Assembly: GCA_043812495.1 (NCBI GenBank)
Contig: JBDRMG010000057.1
Coordinates: 1 to 49,854 of the forward strand
Origin: Candidatus Omnitrophota bacterium
GTDB lineage: Bacteria > Omnitrophota > Gorgyraeia > Zapsychrales > JBDRMG01
Reading direction: 5' to 3'
DNA length: 49,854 nt
Below are positions 47,978-49,854 of this stretch, piece after piece. Within the stretch, counting starts at the first letter, position 1. Every line of letters starts with the position of its first letter. A program made the translations under genes and the position numbers. The notes beneath the pieces are model-generated. The model ran no database searches and was not told where the DNA came from. It saw nothing but the letters and a program-made list of their open reading frames with translations.

Positions 47978-48688
47978 TCATTTCCATATCCTCGTGTCAA
48001 TACTGAGGCGCGTTAAGATAAGGCAAAAAGTAATTCCGCTTATAAAATATACTAAATCCTGCGTAAGGATAAGACCGCTAAAAAGATTTTGCGTGTGACT
48101 CCAAACGCTGATATATCGGATAATTTCCTCTGCGAGGCCGTGAAAATACATAATAAAAGTAATGGAAAAATAAAGGCCGAGCAAGATTACGTACGATGTG
48201 ATCGCGGCAATCAATTGGTTTTTTGTCCAGGAGGATGTCAAAAGCCCGATCGCGACAAACAACGCGCCTTCAAGCCAGATCCCAAGATACCCGGCAAGCA
48301 TCGTCCATTGATCCGGTTTCGCAAAATAATTCATAATGAAATAATAGGCGCCGGTGAGCCCGACGATCACGGTAAAGAAGATGAGACTTCCCAGATATTT
48401 CCCGAGTACGATGGTGCCGTTCGTGACGGGCGCGGTCATCAGGAATTCGATAGTGCCGGAACGTTTTTCTTCGGCAAAGATTCTCATTGTCAAAAGCGGC
48501 ACGATAAAGACAAAGAGGAATTCCATCAACTTGAACATATCCCGCAAAGAAGCCTCGCGGTTTTGATCAATGATCAGATAAAAAAAGACATTGAAGATGC
48601 TGATGGCGATGATCAGGGTGATGTAGGCGATTGGCGACTTAAAATAACATCCGAGCTCTTTGGCAGCGATGGTAAACGTTTTTCTCAT
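47978..48688 (-). CDS. ABC-2 type permease (GldF-like)
   Basis: KEL..YFKSPIAY, PLLTMRIFAEEKRSGTIEFLMTAP, GKYLG, TKNQLIAA. Confidence 0.92.
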   Translation of the reverse strand: MRKTFTIAAKELGCYFKSPIAYITLIIAISIFNVFFYLIIDQNREASLRDMFKLMEFLFVFIVPLLTMRIFAEEKRSGTIEFLMTAPVTNGTIVLGKYLGSLIFFTVIVGLTGAYYFIMNYFAKPDQWTMLAGYLGIWLEGALFVAIGLLTSSWTKNQLIAAITSYVILLGLYFSITFIMYFHGLAEEIIRYISVWSHTQNLFSGLILTQDLVYFISGITFCLILTRLSIDTRIWK

Positions 48689-48694
48689 GATTCT

Positions 48695-48800
48695 TTTCAA
48701 TGAGCCCGCCACTGAATCAATGGCGGGCGAATTGACCCCGAGTCCGCCAATGCTTGTGGCGGACTCGGGGTACAACAAATTAAAATTTTACTATTTCCTT
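48695..48800 (-). repeat. intergenic composite hairpin element, copy 3
   Basis: aligns with copies 1 and 2; overlaps the last codons and stop of the ABC ATPase. Confidence 0.88.
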
Positions 48801-49556
48801 ATCTCCTGCTTTCTTTTCCGCTTTCTTTTGGCGCGGGTCCGATGTCAGCTCCAAGAATGTATCTTCCAGACTTTGCTTCTCTCCGACTTCCGGAGTATAC
48901 AAAAGATGAATCAATTTATCGTCTTTGACAATGGAGCCCTGATGAATGATGATGACGCGTTTAGCGATTTGTTCGATTTCCGAAAGGATGTGGGTACTTA
49001 AGATCACCGTTCTTCTCTCTTCCAAATCCTTGATGAGGTTGCGAACCTGAATAATCTGCAAAGGATCCAGGCCGCTTGTGGGTTCGTCAAGAATCAGAAC
49101 CTCGGGATCATGGACGATAGCTTGGGCAATGCCGACGCGTTGCTGATAGCCTTTGGATAAAGTTCCGATGGTTTTTGAAGACACATCACGGATATGGCAA
49201 TCGTCGAGGGCTTTGTCGATTTTTTTGCGAAATTGCTTAAACGGAACACCTTTTAATTTTGCGGAAAATTTTAAATAATCGCGCACAACCATGTCCTTAT
49301 AAAGGGGCGGTATTTCGGGAAGATAACCAATCCGTTGTTTAGCACTCAAGGGATTGCGGGCCATGTCGAATCCGGCAACAGAGACGCGGCCTTTCGAAGG
49401 CGGCAAGTAACCGGTGAGGATGCGCATGAGCGTTGTTTTGCCGGCACCGTTAGGGCCTAAAAATCCAACGATCTCTCCTTTGGTGATTTCAAAGGAGATG
49501 TCTTTGAGGGCTTCCACTGAACCGAAATATTTTGATATTTTTGTGACTGTAATCAT
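48780..49556 (-). CDS. ABC transporter ATP-binding protein (GldA-like)
   Basis: GPNGAGKTT, LSKGYQQR, ILDEPTSGLDP, STHIL. Confidence 0.95.
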   Translation of the reverse strand: MITVTKISKYFGSVEALKDISFEITKGEIVGFLGPNGAGKTTLMRILTGYLPPSKGRVSVAGFDMARNPLSAKQRIGYLPEIPPLYKDMVVRDYLKFSAKLKGVPFKQFRKKIDKALDDCHIRDVSSKTIGTLSKGYQQRVGIAQAIVHDPEVLILDEPTSGLDPLQIIQVRNLIKDLEERRTVILSTHILSEIEQIAKRVIIIHQGSIVKDDKLIHLLYTPEVGEKQSLEDTFLELTSDPRQKKAEKKAGDKEIVKF

Positions 49557-49715
49557 ATGGTTTCTAGCTCTGGGGTAGTTTAGCACTTCACAAAATAAAT
49601 GTCTATATGCTAAAAAATTATTATTGAATTTTGCGAAATCTCTTCAAAAATGATGCATTATTTGCTAATATAAATCCATTCAATTCGCATCCAACAAAGA
49701 GGTATTTATTGAGAT

Positions 49716-49854
49716 TAGGACTTTCGCGTTTCAAGATAAAAAGGCCATAATGGCCGAACGAGCGATAGACCATTTTTGTTGATACCAAGAAAGACCCGTT
49801 TTAATGCGTTGCCATTCTAATTTTATGAAGGCCAAAAACGCACACAAAATATGA
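49716..49854 (-). mobile_element. right end of an IS701-family insertion sequence (transposase C-terminus 49853-49731)
   Basis: HILCAFLAFIKLEWQRIKTGLSWYQQKWSIARSAIMAFLS* resembles IS701-family C-termini; followed by GCGAAAGTCCTAA terminus-like sequence; family recognised from memory only. Confidence 0.7.

Overview
Chromosomal window of a bacterium (Omnitrophota-like gene content; the taxonomy is inference only) spanning the probable replication terminus. A 28-bp dif site at 14460-14487 lies where gene orientation flips from all + to almost all -. Coding content is mostly housekeeping: split transketolase, transaldolase, a two-component pair, cNMP-patatin, pckG, a xanthine-dehydrogenase-family enzyme with XdhC/MocA, nadC, minor pilins, valS, a hom-thrC-coaB-apgM-cstA-lysC-cimA run, gpsA, three PilZ proteins, a Gld-like ABC system, five intact tRNAs and the end of an IS701-family element. 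The most striking signal is non-coding. At least 13 short insertions, nearly all made of two abutting hairpins (usually T...A ended, often with tandem G-A internal loops), sit without obvious target duplication inside structured-RNA genes. They cut a c-di-GMP-I riboswitch in three places, split the CCA of tRNA-Gly, and interrupt T-, D- and anticodon loops of duplicated tRNA copies. One insert carries a complete tRNA-Thr inside a broken tRNA-Thr. They also nest inside each other. The densest array lies between tRNA-Lys and an 82-aa stand-alone GIY-YIG nuclease, the candidate partner enzyme; that link is inference from adjacency.
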